64,000 nucleotides of DNA from Moniliella sp. 'wahieum'. Its lineage: Eukaryota. Position numbers and translations under genes: made by a program. Within the stretch, counting starts at the first letter, position 1. The number at the start of each line of letters is the position of its first letter. The DNA is taken from the NCBI GenBank assembly GCA_003971905.1, contig RSEE01000002.1, positions 62,001-126,000 of the forward strand, given 5' to 3'. A model generated the notes under the pieces. That model was not told where the DNA came from, made no database searches, and saw only the letters and a program-made list of their open reading frames with translations. Shown piece by piece: positions 22,872-35,621 of this stretch.

Positions 22872-25800
22872 GGAGCAGAGTGGAGCAGAGGACGTGGTGG
22901 ACAAGAAGCAAGCAAGAGCGCCGGTCGGGCTTCCAGCTACTTGGCCCGAGCCGAGCCCAGCTGCTCATCTGATCTCCCCATCTCAGATGTTGCCGTGGTT
23001 AAACCCGCCTGGACCGCACTGGGGCCGTCTCTGTCGCCCAGCAGCGCCAGCCCGGCTGCCCCGGTCGATAATTCACTTCAAGCTTCAAGCTTCACGCTTC
23101 GAGTCCGAGAGTCCGTGCCATCTCCGTCGACGTCAGCTTCCCATCGGAGAAGTTCATCCGTCCCGAGGGGCGGAATACGGGTTTGGGCGGAATCAAAATG
23201 CCGTGGAGGCGCTGACTTGCCCATAAGGCCGTCTTTTTTTTTTCCTCCTTCGTCTCCACCCTCCCACCACCATCCCTGATCTGGGCGCAGTTTCATTGTT
23301 TGGTTGTCTTCTGGACACCGGACGCATCCCTTTCGGTAAGTCAACCAAACTTCCAACCTTTTCCCCCGTCATTCTTGGGCCTTGGGCTCTGCCCGACCCA
23401 GACAGGACGTTCGATGATGAGAAAACATGCTGGCACCAGTCGTACTTTTTATGCCGACAAGCTATTGCGGGGCGTCTCTTAATACGCTATGTCGCCCCCT
23501 GACCTTTCCATTGCTCCCTTACTGCAAGGGAACATCGTGCTGACCTCCTCCTTTGTGTCTTTTTCTCTTGATTGCTGTTGCTCCGCCTCACCTTGGCCTC
23601 GTTTGCTTCGTTGTTGCTATGCATCCCCCCTCGCTCATCCTTGCTCCGTCTGCCGCCTATACCTTCTTGAGTAAAGTTACTCATCGGCCCGTATAGTGTA
23701 GACCCTGCCAGACCCCATCGCACCAGTTGGCAGCTCGCCTGCTCCTCAGTTGCATAGGAATCGGCATCTACCGTCCTCATCTATTACTACGCAGAACGAA
23801 CATCGGCTCTTCCGAGATTACTCGCTAGTTCTGCGCCGATCATTTTCACCCAGCTGGACCAGGTGTTCATACCAAAAAACTAGGCCAACTGACTGCAACA
23901 TGTCAGCGCAGATGTGACATGGTCGATGAGATCTGAGAGGGGAGGGGGAGAAGGGGAAAATGCGCTGGAAGGCGCTGGTTGGTCGTTAATGGCCAAATAC
24001 TAGCACCAGTTTTCCGAGCAATCCTTCGGGTCCGTTCGGCTATAGTGTCCGCCGATCTGTTTCACGGCTTTTCGGTATAGCTTTTCCGGTGCTGCGTGGG
24101 CACCGTCTCATGGTCCAACAGCACGCCGATTCGCACTTTATTGTGCTCAACCTTTCGTCATGATGACCACGGATAACTTACACATCGAGTCGAGTCCATC
24201 TCGAGGAGAACCCTGCTTTTCATTATCGCCTCCAGCGGGAATTGTGGGGACAGGCACCTGGCAGCCCCGAGTTTTCCATGACTCGCATCTCTCTCGACAC
24301 ATGGCACTGCTACGCGAAAGCTATTACAGCAACTCGTGCCATTCACCATTTTGATGCGTACGAGTCAAAACACACTCTTCCTTAGTATTGTAGCATACGC
24401 TCTCTCACCATCTTCTTGTTCCTATAGCCATAACGAAAGGGAGCGCAGATTACTGCCCCTTTGGACTATATAATAACTCCTATCGTCACAGTGGTTGCTG
24501 GGGGAGTCAACGCCGGGTCCCATCAGTGGGCTCGTTCCAGGTATTTGAGAGATACAATCCTTTACAGGTCGTCCGAACGTCACTGGCTCACAACTCATGG
24601 TTGTTAGTACTTGAGCTGGTTGTGGTGGATGCGCGTGGGGTTAGGGCCAAGAAGTGACCTCTCTCAGCGTATAGTAGAGCGGCTGAAAGTGTGGCAAGGT
24701 TGTGTATGCACCGGCTTGGGCAGAGAAGTAGCAGCATGTGTGATTGAAGCCTTCGGGCTCAGTCGGGGTCGAGGATGAGTGGCAGTGGAGGACAAAAGAC
24801 CGCCACAGCTGGGACAGAGGATGCTTGGCACGCCCCTTCTCCCTTCGAACTTGGGGGGTGCAGGCCAGGTCTCTTCTCATTCGCACGCTCCTCCTTCCTT
24901 CACTCGTCGAGGTAACGAATCAAAGCCTTCCTGGGAGGAGGGAAAGGAAAAGGGATTTAGAGGCTCTGTGTTGACCAGCCGGCCAAAATTTCTCGTTTCT
25001 TCACTCGGACTTTGAAGAGACAGGGCCCTTGTTCCGCCTGCTTTCGTTCTCTCCCATTGTTGCGCGGGTCTACTGGAGAAGATTGGAAGGGGTCAGCATG
25101 CCCCGCTCTGATGACTCTCACCCTCCCCAACACGGGGGGGGGTGTTGTTCTGTTGTACTATCATCCGTTCTGTAAAATTTTTCGAAGAACTGATGAGAAA
25201 TGACACGATCCAGGTCATCGTATTCGACAGCGCTTCGGTCCGCGTGCGCGAAAGGATCATTATCGACGGAAAAGATGGAAAAAGTGTCCGCAAGATGCGT
25301 GAGAGTCCCGTGCTCACGGCATTATACTACTAGTATCCTTGTATGCAATGTGGTGTCTGCGTGTGTTAAAACAACTTGACCATCCGTGATTGCTACCACA
25401 GTTTTCTTATCCTCTGTCAGCATATCAGCAACCCTTCCTTCCTCAAGAGGCCTATACATCAGAAGGAAATACCTCCAGATTATGAATGAAGAGAGGCGTA
25501 CCAAAAGGTATATGGAGAGATGGTTCATATCATATTCACCGTGGCGCTTTCATCTTGAGTGCGTGTGGTGACGCTTTAATTACAGTGCACCTCAGGTGTG
25601 GTCTGGGGGATTGGTGATAGAAGATGTGGGGCCGGAGGTATTATCAGAAGCGGCGCGTCGGTGGGCTTACTGTTCCTGAGGAGATGCGGTGTGTTGATGA
25701 GACGTTGAACGTTGATGCATGGTGGTAGGGCGCTTGGGACCTAAAAGGAGAGAGGGGGACAGACGTGGTGACGGGTGTATAATATGCGTGTGGCTTGTAG

Positions 25801-28147
25801 GGGAAAGGGAGGATTATTGTCAGTAGTTTGATCGTTGGATGAGAGAGCCGAGTACGTTATTGCTGTTGTGTGCGGGCAGTTGCGGGGGATTGTACACGTT
25901 GCTACTACTGTCCATGCAGGTCTCCTTTGGAGGGGGAGGGGAAACGGGATAACCAGTTACGGGGTTAGGTTCAGGTCCAAGTGTACTGGTGGGGATATGG
26001 GCTGCGGAAATGTGCTGCAAAAATACTCCGGCCCCTTCATCAGCTCTCTGGGCTTTTTACCGGTTCCGGCTGATTGCTTACCCCACCAGGTGATCACCAT
26101 CACATGTCACGCGTCACGTGCCACATGTCACGTTTCAATGTTCAACGTTCGACGTTCTGTACGTGTTCAGTACCCAATGCCAGTCCTTAATAGGCCTTCG
26201 GCCTTTGAGCCTGTTAGGCCTAAGGGTTGGTGGGGCAGCAGTCTGCACGAGCTGCCCGAGCCCGAGCAGACGCGGCAGTTCTGAGACCATGGCGCATCGA
26301 TCATCGACCATGATCGGCATCATCATTAACTCCGGTGACCGGTGACCGGTGAGGACTTGGAGAGAGGTCTGGGTAATATACCAGCGTTAGTATATGCCGG
26401 TTACATAGAAGCGTTTTACGTATACAAAGACAGGATGATCTGGAGCTGGGACCCGTTGCACGTTGTGGACCATGGGACCCCGCACCGACTAAGAGTACAC
26501 GAGTTTGCCACCCCCAGAGGTCCCGGCGCCCCATGCAGCACAAATACCGCCTGGTTCGGACCTGCGGGAGCAGCTAGGAGGTGTGGATGAAATCCCCGAA
26601 ACCAGTGGTGTGGAAGGCGGCAGGGCATATGCAACCGACCTTTTTCTGCCTCCCCCTTGTGTGCGTGTGATCGGCTTTTCCGGAGAAATCTCAGATCTCA
26701 TCAACGTACCTGGGCACCCTACTGTGCACGTGTAAGCATGTGAGCGCATGGGCACAGCAGCGCTCAGCCTGAGCGCGTGAGTCGCGACCAGCATGTGCAG
26801 TACAATACAACACCGCGTCCACTAATCGTCCGAGGCCCAGAGCAGAAGGTGTATTGGACAGATGCCTCTTCCCACGCCAGGCGTTGGGCTACTAACGTTG
26901 TGACGCGATAACTCGATAACCCCACCCCAGACCAGCGCGTAACGCGTAACGAGTAACGAGAGGAATGCATGAATGTGCGGGCGACAAACGAGTAACTATT
27001 AGGTACGTTGGCTTGAAGCTTGAAGCTTGAAGCTTCTCAAGTCTGAGATCTGATCGATGATCGGGCCTCTCCCTGTTTCAGTCACTAGTCACTTCGCTCG
27101 CATGGTGTGGAATGGTTAATGGAGAGACGAACCAAGACGACCCCTGCGCCAGACTCCATGCTATATAGCTGTGCGGAGAAGTACCGGTTACCGCTTACCC
27201 GCCATCTTACCTGTTAACCCTACCGACACGCCGCATTCCATTTGAGGCGCTCAGGCGCTCAGGCAAGGAGGGGGGACACCAGTGGACGCCTGTGGCTGTG
27301 TGAAACCCATTTCCTATCTCCCACCCTGCACAGAATTCCAGATGGATGCCCGGGGCGATCAGTACGTAGCAAGTAGCGCCGTGCCGTGCGAGCAAGTATA
27401 TTGTTACACGTTGTTAGTTTATAGTTGCTAGTTGCTATAGTTACTAGTTACTAGCTTTACCCTCCCTCCCCCCGCCACCCGAGCAGTCCTCTCAAGTCCC
27501 CTGCAGTCCTCTGCAATGCCCTGTGATGCATGTGATCATGTGATGCATGATGCAGTCCCCTGCAGTCCCCTGCAGGCGCGAGCCGAGCTGCCGTCGGGAA
27601 ACGTACCGCGTTCTGACGTGGGTGATTAATGATTGACGTGCCATATTCCCTGGCCGTGTCATGGGTGACCGGTGAGTACTCCGTCCTGGGAGCGGTTAAA
27701 TACTAACACTGCTTGAACTGCTTAAAGCTACCTTGCGTCGGGCAGTCCACACGTGTCCTCGTGCTGTCCGCGCGAGGTGGCTCAGCGGCAGGGAGCAGGG
27801 ATGCTTGGGAGGCCGGGATGTGTGATGATCGGTGCGAGCTCAGGCGCAGTGCGGGACGCACTGACGCGCTGCTGCGCTGAGCGCTGATCGGGGGATCGGC
27901 ACAAGCACCGGCAGGGACAGGGGCGGTGTGTGGGATGCGCCCCGCACTTTTCCATCCAGAAGGCCACCGACACGCATAACCCGTGCGTGCTGGCCTGCAC
28001 TGGTGGCAGCCTCTTGGGAGCGATGGCTGATCCTCGATCCGCCCCATCCATCCCAGCCCGAGCGTCCGAGGCGGATGTGCTGCTGCTATATATACTGATC
28101 CCCGCGCGCCCAATACACCCGCCGTGCGTTGCCTCTCTCCCCCCCCA

Positions 28148-30079
28148 ATGCGTCGTTTGTGCTCCGCCTGGGCGGCCGGTCTGGCGGTCGTCGCACTGGT
28201 TGCACCTGCCCCTGCCGCTGCCGCATCCATTCGTTCCAAGCCCCACCCCTCCGCCTCCACCTCTGGCAACCCCAATGTCCAGGCTGGCGGCCACGTCCTG
28301 CCCGGCGGCGAGCCCATCGACTTCAACGACCCTGCTGCCGTCAAGGGGCGAGTCAAGTTCCTCTGGTCCGAGATCGAGCGGTACAAGCCGGTCGAGTATG
28401 CCAAGATCCAGTATGAGTACCGTAACTTTAGCCAGAGCGACTACGAGATGATGCCCCAATCCATCACCCACCGTCCCTATCAGGACGACTTGGGGATCGG
28501 CCTCAAGACAGACAACTTCTCCTTCCCCGCACACTTTTCGTGGGGGTATGCTTCGGCCAGTGCGCAGGTTGAGGGCGCAGTCAAAGCAGATGGCCGTGGC
28601 CCCTCGATCTGGGACTGGTATGCCCACCGCACCAACAATATGCGCAACAATGACACGTTTGACGTGGCCACCAACTTCCGCTACATGTACCCGCTCGACA
28701 TTAAGCGTGTAGCCACCATGGGCGCCAAGCTGTACTCTTTCAGTGTGTCCTGGTCCCGCGTCATGCCGCTGGGACGCGGGTATGTGTCGCAAGAGGGTCT
28801 ACAGTTCTACAAGGACTTGGTTACCGAAATCCACAAGAACGGGATGCAGGCGGCAGTTACCCTGCAGCACTGGGACCTGCCTCTCTACCTTCAAATCTCC
28901 GAAAATGGCCAACAGAACCACACCTATGTAGACGCATTTGCCGAATACGCGGATGTGATTCTCAAGGCCTTGGGCCCCATGGGCGTTCAGGTATGTTTCA
29001 CACTCCTCTCTTCCCCCCCTCTTGCGTTTCTACCTGTGAGTAGACCATCAAGCTGACGAGTAACCCGTCCATCTCTGCTGCCCTGGCATTAGCACTGGGT
29101 TTCCCACAACGAGCCCAGCGTCCACTGCACGGACCGGTACCTTCTCGCCTTGGAGGGCATCTACGGCTACGCGTCCCCGCCCAAGTCGACGCAGTGGAAA
29201 TGCGCCGGGTACATGATCAAGGCCCACGGGCGGATGAACGAGCTGTTCCGCAAGTACCAAGCCGATGGGACCGTCCAAGAAGGCACTGCTCTCCTACAAA
29301 AACAACGGGGCGTTGAGCGTGCCGTGGGACCCGAACAGCGCCGCGGACAAGGCAGCGGTGGAGAGAGAGATGGACTTTGGCCTGGGTCTGTACAGCGATC
29401 CCATCCACTCCGACACGCACGATTACCCCCCCGTGGTGAAGCGTGAGGTGCCTGCCAAGTGGCTTCCACCGCTCACTGCGGCCGACAAGCGGCGTCTGCA
29501 AGGCTCGGCCGACGTGTACAGCACGGACTACTACTCGAGTGCGATCACCAAGTCGCTGCCTGCCAAAGAGGCAAAAGGATGCTACGGGAACACTGCCCAC
29601 TCCAAATGGCCCAACTGTGCCGATGGTCCAATGACCATGTCGGACGGGTGGCCTCTCACGACGGCGTACCCGGACGAGACGTGTTCAAGCTGGTTGGCCA
29701 ACACGGCTGGTGCGTTCCGCGAGCACTTGAAGTACATTGCCAAGCGCTGGCCCGCGCCCAAGGTATCATCATCACCGAATTTGGCTGGGCGGAGAAGGAC
29801 GAAGCACAAAAGAGCTCGTACTGGGAACTGATCATGGACACGGGCCGACAAGCTTACTACCACGCCTACCTCAACCAGATCCTCGAGTCCATCCATACCG
29901 ATGGAATCAAGGTTATCGGTGCCTGGCTCTGGTCGGCAACATGCAACGTCGAATGGGAGGTAGGCAAGCAGCCTCGGTTCGGCGTCCAATCCGTCGACTA
30001 TAACCAACCTACCTTGCCCCGCACCTACCTCGGATCAGCTTACTTTGTCCGTGACTTTTTCAAGAAGCACCTGGGCTGA
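28148..30079 (+). CDS. Secreted glycoside hydrolase family 1 (beta-glycosidase), copy 2
   Basis: Same motifs as copy 1 (HWVSHNEP, IIITEFG). Intron 28991-29092. Ends ..RDFFKKHLG*. Confidence 0.92.
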
Positions 30080-30296
30080 ACGAGTCGGATGGGGATGCGG
30101 TCCTCGGATTATCGATGATGCCCTTCACCTCTCCTCTTCCATGATGTGGTCCCTCCCCTGGTTTCTCCACCCGTTCCGCTCTGTGTGCACCCTCGAAGAA
30201 GCTTCGCCCCGCCTCACTTTCGTTTCCCCTGCCTTTCTTTCGTTTCCCTACTGCCTTTGGCCCCCTTTCATTGAATGTTCAGCCTCGGTAATATCA

Positions 30297-31696
30297 TGTT
30301 GGCCTAGGGAGCCGGACGGGCAGAAGGATGAGGAGAAGGTGATGGATTGGAGCCAGAGTTGGGTCTGGGTACAGAGGCATCTATATAGGAGGCTGGACTA
30401 GGCACAGGGACAGTGAGTCACACAGGAGAGAGTGCAGGGCACAGGGACAGTGACACGCAGGGACGTCAGCGTGGAAGCCGATGGAACCGAGGCGAACCTG
30501 GTCTACCGACTGGGAGCCAGAGGATCACAGTCAAACCCCCGCTGGCCAGGGAACCCGGAGACATCGGTTGTGGGATGAGCTCCTGCCAGTGGATGTAGAG
30601 AGGGGAGGACTTGAGTGGCAACCGGGACGAATGGCCTGGAGTTGTGCATGGCCACACGACTGGCCTACACCCCCGCTGTCCAGGATGACACCTGAACGAG
30701 CCGAGCGCTTGTGGTTGGTGTATTGTGCGACCGCCAGATGCTTGTAGAAGTCTTAGAAGTAAAGTAGTAGGGGTTGCGCCCCGAAGCGATTTGGTGGGCA
30801 AAAGTAAAAAGCACCAGTTATAGGTGTAGTGAAAGAAAATTGGAAACTTGGAGTAAATGCGGTCCAAGGTCGTTTGGCATCAAAATTGGATGCGTTTGGT
30901 AGTTGTTTGGTTCCGCATGCCTGGTGCCAGTGGGGTCCATTGGGCATGGGAAATGAACGGGCGCTATGCGTCAACCGTCTTGATCTGTTTGGGTTCTCTT
31001 TGTTGTTGAAAAAGAGGAGTGGAAGAAGTTGGGTGACCACCCCCCCCATCCTTTCCCCAGGTGCCCCGGATGAATTGGCAATCCGGGGCGTGTAGCCGTG
31101 GGTGGGGCACTTGATGAGCAGCCACCCCCGCTTTCTGCGATTCGCCTGCGCCGTTTTGTCGTTGGAGGAATTTCGTCTCGTTGACGATACCCGACACGTT
31201 TTGTTCCGTCGTGTGTTGTCCCTAAAAATCATTGCCCCATCTGTGGGGGACGAGTGTGCCGATTGTGGCGGTAGTATGCCGATTGTGGCGGTAGTAGTAT
31301 GCCGATTGTGGCGGTAAGGCGCCGATTGTGGCGGTGGTGTTGTTGGGCGGGAGGACGGGTGTGTCTTGTGGGCTTGGCGGCTTAGCTTGGGCTTGTAGGC
31401 TTGGGGGTGGGCTTGCTTGAAGAGCGCTCCCCTTCCGGGGGATCAGATTGTAGCTCTGTTGGCCTAGGGAGCCGGACGGGCAGAAGGATGAGGAGAAGGT
31501 GATGGATTGGAGCCAGAGTTGGGTCTGGGTACAGAGGCATCTATATAGGAGGCTGGACTAGGCACAGGGACAGTGAGTCACACAGGAGAGAGTGCAGGGC
31601 ACAGGGACAGTGACACGCAGGGACGTCAGCGTGGAAGCCGATGGAACCGAGGCGAACCTGGTCTACCGACTGGGAGCCAGAGGATCACAGTCAACA
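30297..31696 (-). mobile_element. Non-autonomous LTR retrotransposon (TRIM-like), copy B, short LTRs
   Basis: Direct repeats 30297-~30536 and 31457-31696 (TGTTG...CAACA, 240 bp). TSD TATCA at 30292-30296 and 31697-31701. Near-identical to the reverse complement of 20006-21399. Confidence 0.95.
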
Positions 31697-32389
31697 TATC
31701 ACTAGCGCACCATCGTACTCTCCTCCACCATTCCCATGTCCACCGGTCGTGCTGGGCCATCGTAACCATCGGCTCACCGTCCTGTATCACTCAGAAATTA
31801 ACGATGAAGCGTTGTCCCCATATGCCTCCATAGTTATTTCTTTCCAGTGCCTATAAACGCATCTTCGCCACCGTCTTGGGTGGCATAGTATTGTCCTTGC
31901 CCCAAACTCAATGGGGGGAAAAGGGTTCTTGGGGGCGCTGTTATACATGATGTGCTTGTCGCCTTCTGCTCGTTCCAGCAGCCGAAGCAGCTCCTCCCGG
32001 CGTTCCAAACGCGTCGTAGTGCTCTCATGTACCACCTTCTAGGCAGTACGCAGAGCCTCTAAAATAGATCCCCTTTTTACTGTACGTCATCAGTGCTTAC
32101 CGATTTGTTTGCGCCAGTGGAGGTATCGGCCTCCGACCAACACCGCGCTCAGCCATGCGTCTTGGTGATACAATTTCGCTCAACCCGACTCTGCTACTCC
32201 CAGCGTGGAACGGGGCAAGGTGGTTGCGGTGGCGACGGTGGCCCAGCATGCAGCACCCAAACCGGGCCGTAGGCCCGGAGGTCTCCTAGTAGCTAGTCAG
32301 CCTGTAGTGTCACGGGGCGGGCCCCGGCTCCCCCCCCCCCAGGTGGCTCGCCCGGGGTTTTGGGGGTACGATAATTCCTTAGGAGACGG

Positions 32390-32830
32390 CAGATCGACTC
32401 ACGGTAGTTTCGGGCGTGGGCTAGTTGGTGGGTCCGAGCGGAGCTAGGGACGAGGAGAGGCCTTTGGTGGGGCGGCTGCACGTGTGGCAACTCTGCGTAA
32501 TGCACCGGATTGGGCCGTAGTAACGTGTCTGAAGCCTCTGGGACTTAGGGACAGGAGGAGGCGGTGGCGGACAAACACTGCCTTCACTGAGACCGGGCAC
32601 AGAAGAGAACGGAAATCGACGCGGATGGAGGAGGGCTCGCGCGGCTGGACTGATGGAGTGCTGGAGGATGAGGTCGGAAAGAGGAGCGGGAGTTAAGAGG
32701 AGAAGAGGCTGCCTGTACTGGATCAATTGGCTGGAAAATGGGCAGGAGTCGGACAGGGTAGGCGGGAACAGGGATGAGGGTATAATAGACGAGAGATGAG
32801 GAGAATGGAAGGTGGGGGAAAGGGTCCTCA
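32390..32830 (+). repeat. Degenerate dispersed repeat, homolog of 50690-51115
   Basis: Shared blocks such as ggtagtttcggg, aacgtgtctgaagcctc, cttagggac, ctggagga.gaggt.gga and gagaatggaaggtggg. Confidence 0.7.
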
Positions 32831-35621
32831 TCAACCAGGGGTACAGGATAGATCAAAAGGGAGAACGTGTACAAGAGGAGGTGTAGAAAGGAAAAAGACA
32901 CGTCAAAAGATGGGTTGGTCGCCGCAGATGCGACCGAGAAAGGAAAGGAAGTGGGGACAGAAGCGACAGTCGTTGTAAAGATACCGTAAGTTTGGTGGCC
33001 TTCAGTATTTAGGCCATCCGACTTTTGGACTTGGGCGGGGGGCGACTATTGTTGCACGGACGCATGGCCCCTCGAGCCACCGTTCCTAATTTAACCCACC
33101 ACCATCACACTTGGTTGGACTGCGGAGCACGCTCTCCTGGGCATGTGCGGAGCAGGCGGGCCTTAGCTTGGACCGTCCCATCCCGCGTCCAACGCAGCCC
33201 GTAACAATCTTTGAGCGTTTGACCGTTTGGTGTTGGGTCCTATATTAACGTCCTAACTGGTCGCTGAACTTGCTTCTCGATGCCTCTCATCGACATCAAG
33301 GTAGCATTATGCATTACTCCGCATCTCAACGCCGAGGCCCATTCTAAGGGTTGGCCGAGCGGTTGCTGCGCGCTGACTGCGTGCGTATACTGGGAGTACT
33401 GGGCACTTCTGGAATCCTGACCGACAGCTGCGAAGGTAGTGGCATGTGGCACATGACATGCATGGCATGTGACACACCGGTGCATGTGATGCGTGTGATG
33501 CGCGTGATGCACGTGATGGGTGATGTGTGTGACATGGAGCATGCGGAGTACCGGGAGTACCTAGCTACCTCGGCAACTAGTAAAAGGTACGTCCATTTTT
33601 GCGACAGCGCAGGGGGAGGGGGTGCGCTGGTTTGCCACCCTGTGCGCACGCACAACGGGGCTCCGCAGGACTCCGCTTGGCTGGACCTGCGCATTCCAGG
33701 GATGGCCAATGGCCGATGGCCGATCGATGGGCTCAATCGTAATATAACCGAGGTTTTGTGGGGTCTGGGCCACGCGTCCTGCGTCCTGCGCGCGGAGTGC
33801 AGGAGAGTAAGAGGATGGGGATGAGTACACTGAGTCCTGTGAGTGCATGAGAACGCTACTATGTTGATCTATGTGAGCGTGCGGGTGCGACGCAGGCTGG
33901 TGCGACCCTCTGTCGACTGTCGATCATCAAAACGTTGAATTGATCTTCGAACCATCTCCTCTTAGGCGAGTACCGCGTATCCAATAAAGCGGGAAGGTGC
34001 AATACAGGAGACAGAAGACGACGTCTGGACGGTTCTGGGTGAGATGTGTGGCCGCCTGCGGTTGCTGCCTGCAGAGGATAGGTGGGTCCTAGCATCGTAG
34101 CCTCCCTTTTTGGCGGGGTTTGCTGGTTTTTCCAGGCGACGTTCCCGGGTTTCCGCGGTATGGCATGCAGGTATAGCCGGTAGAGTTTACCGGGAGATCG
34201 CTATGTAGGTCCTGACTTGCATTGGCTATCCATTGAAATTTAATATTGGTCTTGAAGCTTGAGTACTTACTGACTACCGAGTGTGTCGATTCGATAACAG
34301 AGGGCACAGCCGCGGTGCGTTCGGCGCCGTTCCGTTAAATACAAGGGAAGATGATCGGTAGGCGATCGAGATGATCGCATGCATCATGCATCAAACATCA
34401 TGCATCGTGGCCGAATTATTCCCACCTAATGAGTACGTTTAATGCATAATGAGTACTGAGTACGCAGGGAAGATCGGCGATGTGCAGTCGCGGGAGCAGG
34501 CTGGGCCTGGGCCTGGCTGCGGATAGAGCTGCTAGTGGGGAGGGGCCGGGGACAGCTGGAAGGCCTGCAGGGCGCACAGCGGCCGGCTGGGCGGGCCGGA
34601 GTTATGGGTGCAACGTGTTAAGCGTTAAGCGCCAAGCGCCAATACTGCTTGCTATGCGCCAACCCAGGGGCGGGCAGAGGCGCAGTGTGGGCCCAGGGCC
34701 TCCTCCGAGGGGCGCAGTAGGGCGCAGTGCGGTGTGGTTCGCAGGACCACGCTCGCCCTGGCCAGCGGGGGAGGAGTGTGCTGCGTGTGAGAGATGCTGT
34801 CAGGTGTGCGGAGCGTGTTTCAGGAGTGGCCTCGCTAGGCTGGGCCAGTGCGGGGGGCGAGGGGGGGAGCGATCGGGTCGGCTTGGCTTGGCTTGTGCCT
34901 GCTCTGGCTCGTCGTCCCCGACAGACGCTCGCACCGCCCTCGTGGCCGCCGCTGCGCTCCAGGCGGCTCCCGGCCGCTACCTGCTGCTCTGCCGCATGGG
35001 GGCGCCCAGGAGCGCACATCGGGGGGGCCCAGGAGTGCGCCTCCGCCGTTGGGCCGACGCTGCTGGGGTGGCGCGTGGGTGGGGGCGCATGCTCTGACAA
35101 GCGGCGCTGGTCGATGGCATGTGCAGCCGCCGCACAGTGCCCCGTGCACCGGGGCTGCCCCGGTGCTGGGGACGGGGGCGGGCGCACGGAGCCAGTGTGC
35201 TGCTGCGTGTGCCATATTATATAGCGCGACTCGGCCTGGGCACGCGGCTGCCTGTTGGTGCGGCGCACATGAGATGGGCGATCGGGGGAGCGCCAAGGGC
35301 GAAGCTGTGGAGGATGAGATGAAGCTTGGAGCGGACGGACGAGGCGCGGCGCTCCGATCGCTTCTTCGGGCTCGCGAAGAGCACCAATGGGCGTCGAATT
35401 GCCGCTCACACATCATGCATCAGCACACACCCCACGGATGCCCACGCGCCTCATCAGCCACAGCCATCGTCGGATATCATCCTCGCCCTCTCGCCACACC
35501 TCTCCGCTGCCCAGCCCTGCCCTCCCACGCAGCCCCCCCGCAGCACATCGCTTTCCTTGGCACCACCACCACCTCCCGCCTCCTCTTCGGGCTGGCCTCA
35601 CACCCAGCCTCTCGTAGCAGT

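Larger units (their letters stand above)
26015..31813 (+). repeat. Right arm of inverted segmental duplication (includes TRIM copy B insertion)
   Basis: Reverse-complement similarity to 11872-16190; homology resumes after the element at 31697-31813. Confidence 0.8.

Noticed and set aside
11872..31813. GH1 duplication as a collapsed or fold-back assembly artefact
   Set aside because: The copies differ by many substitutions, diverged flanks and a copy-specific insertion with a TSD.
34480..35416. Multiple long overlapping ORFs upstream of KRE6
   Set aside because: Very high GC with all frames open and Arg/Gly/Ala/Pro-biased translations; most lie upstream of a TATA-like element at ~35214-35224, so likely promoter DNA.
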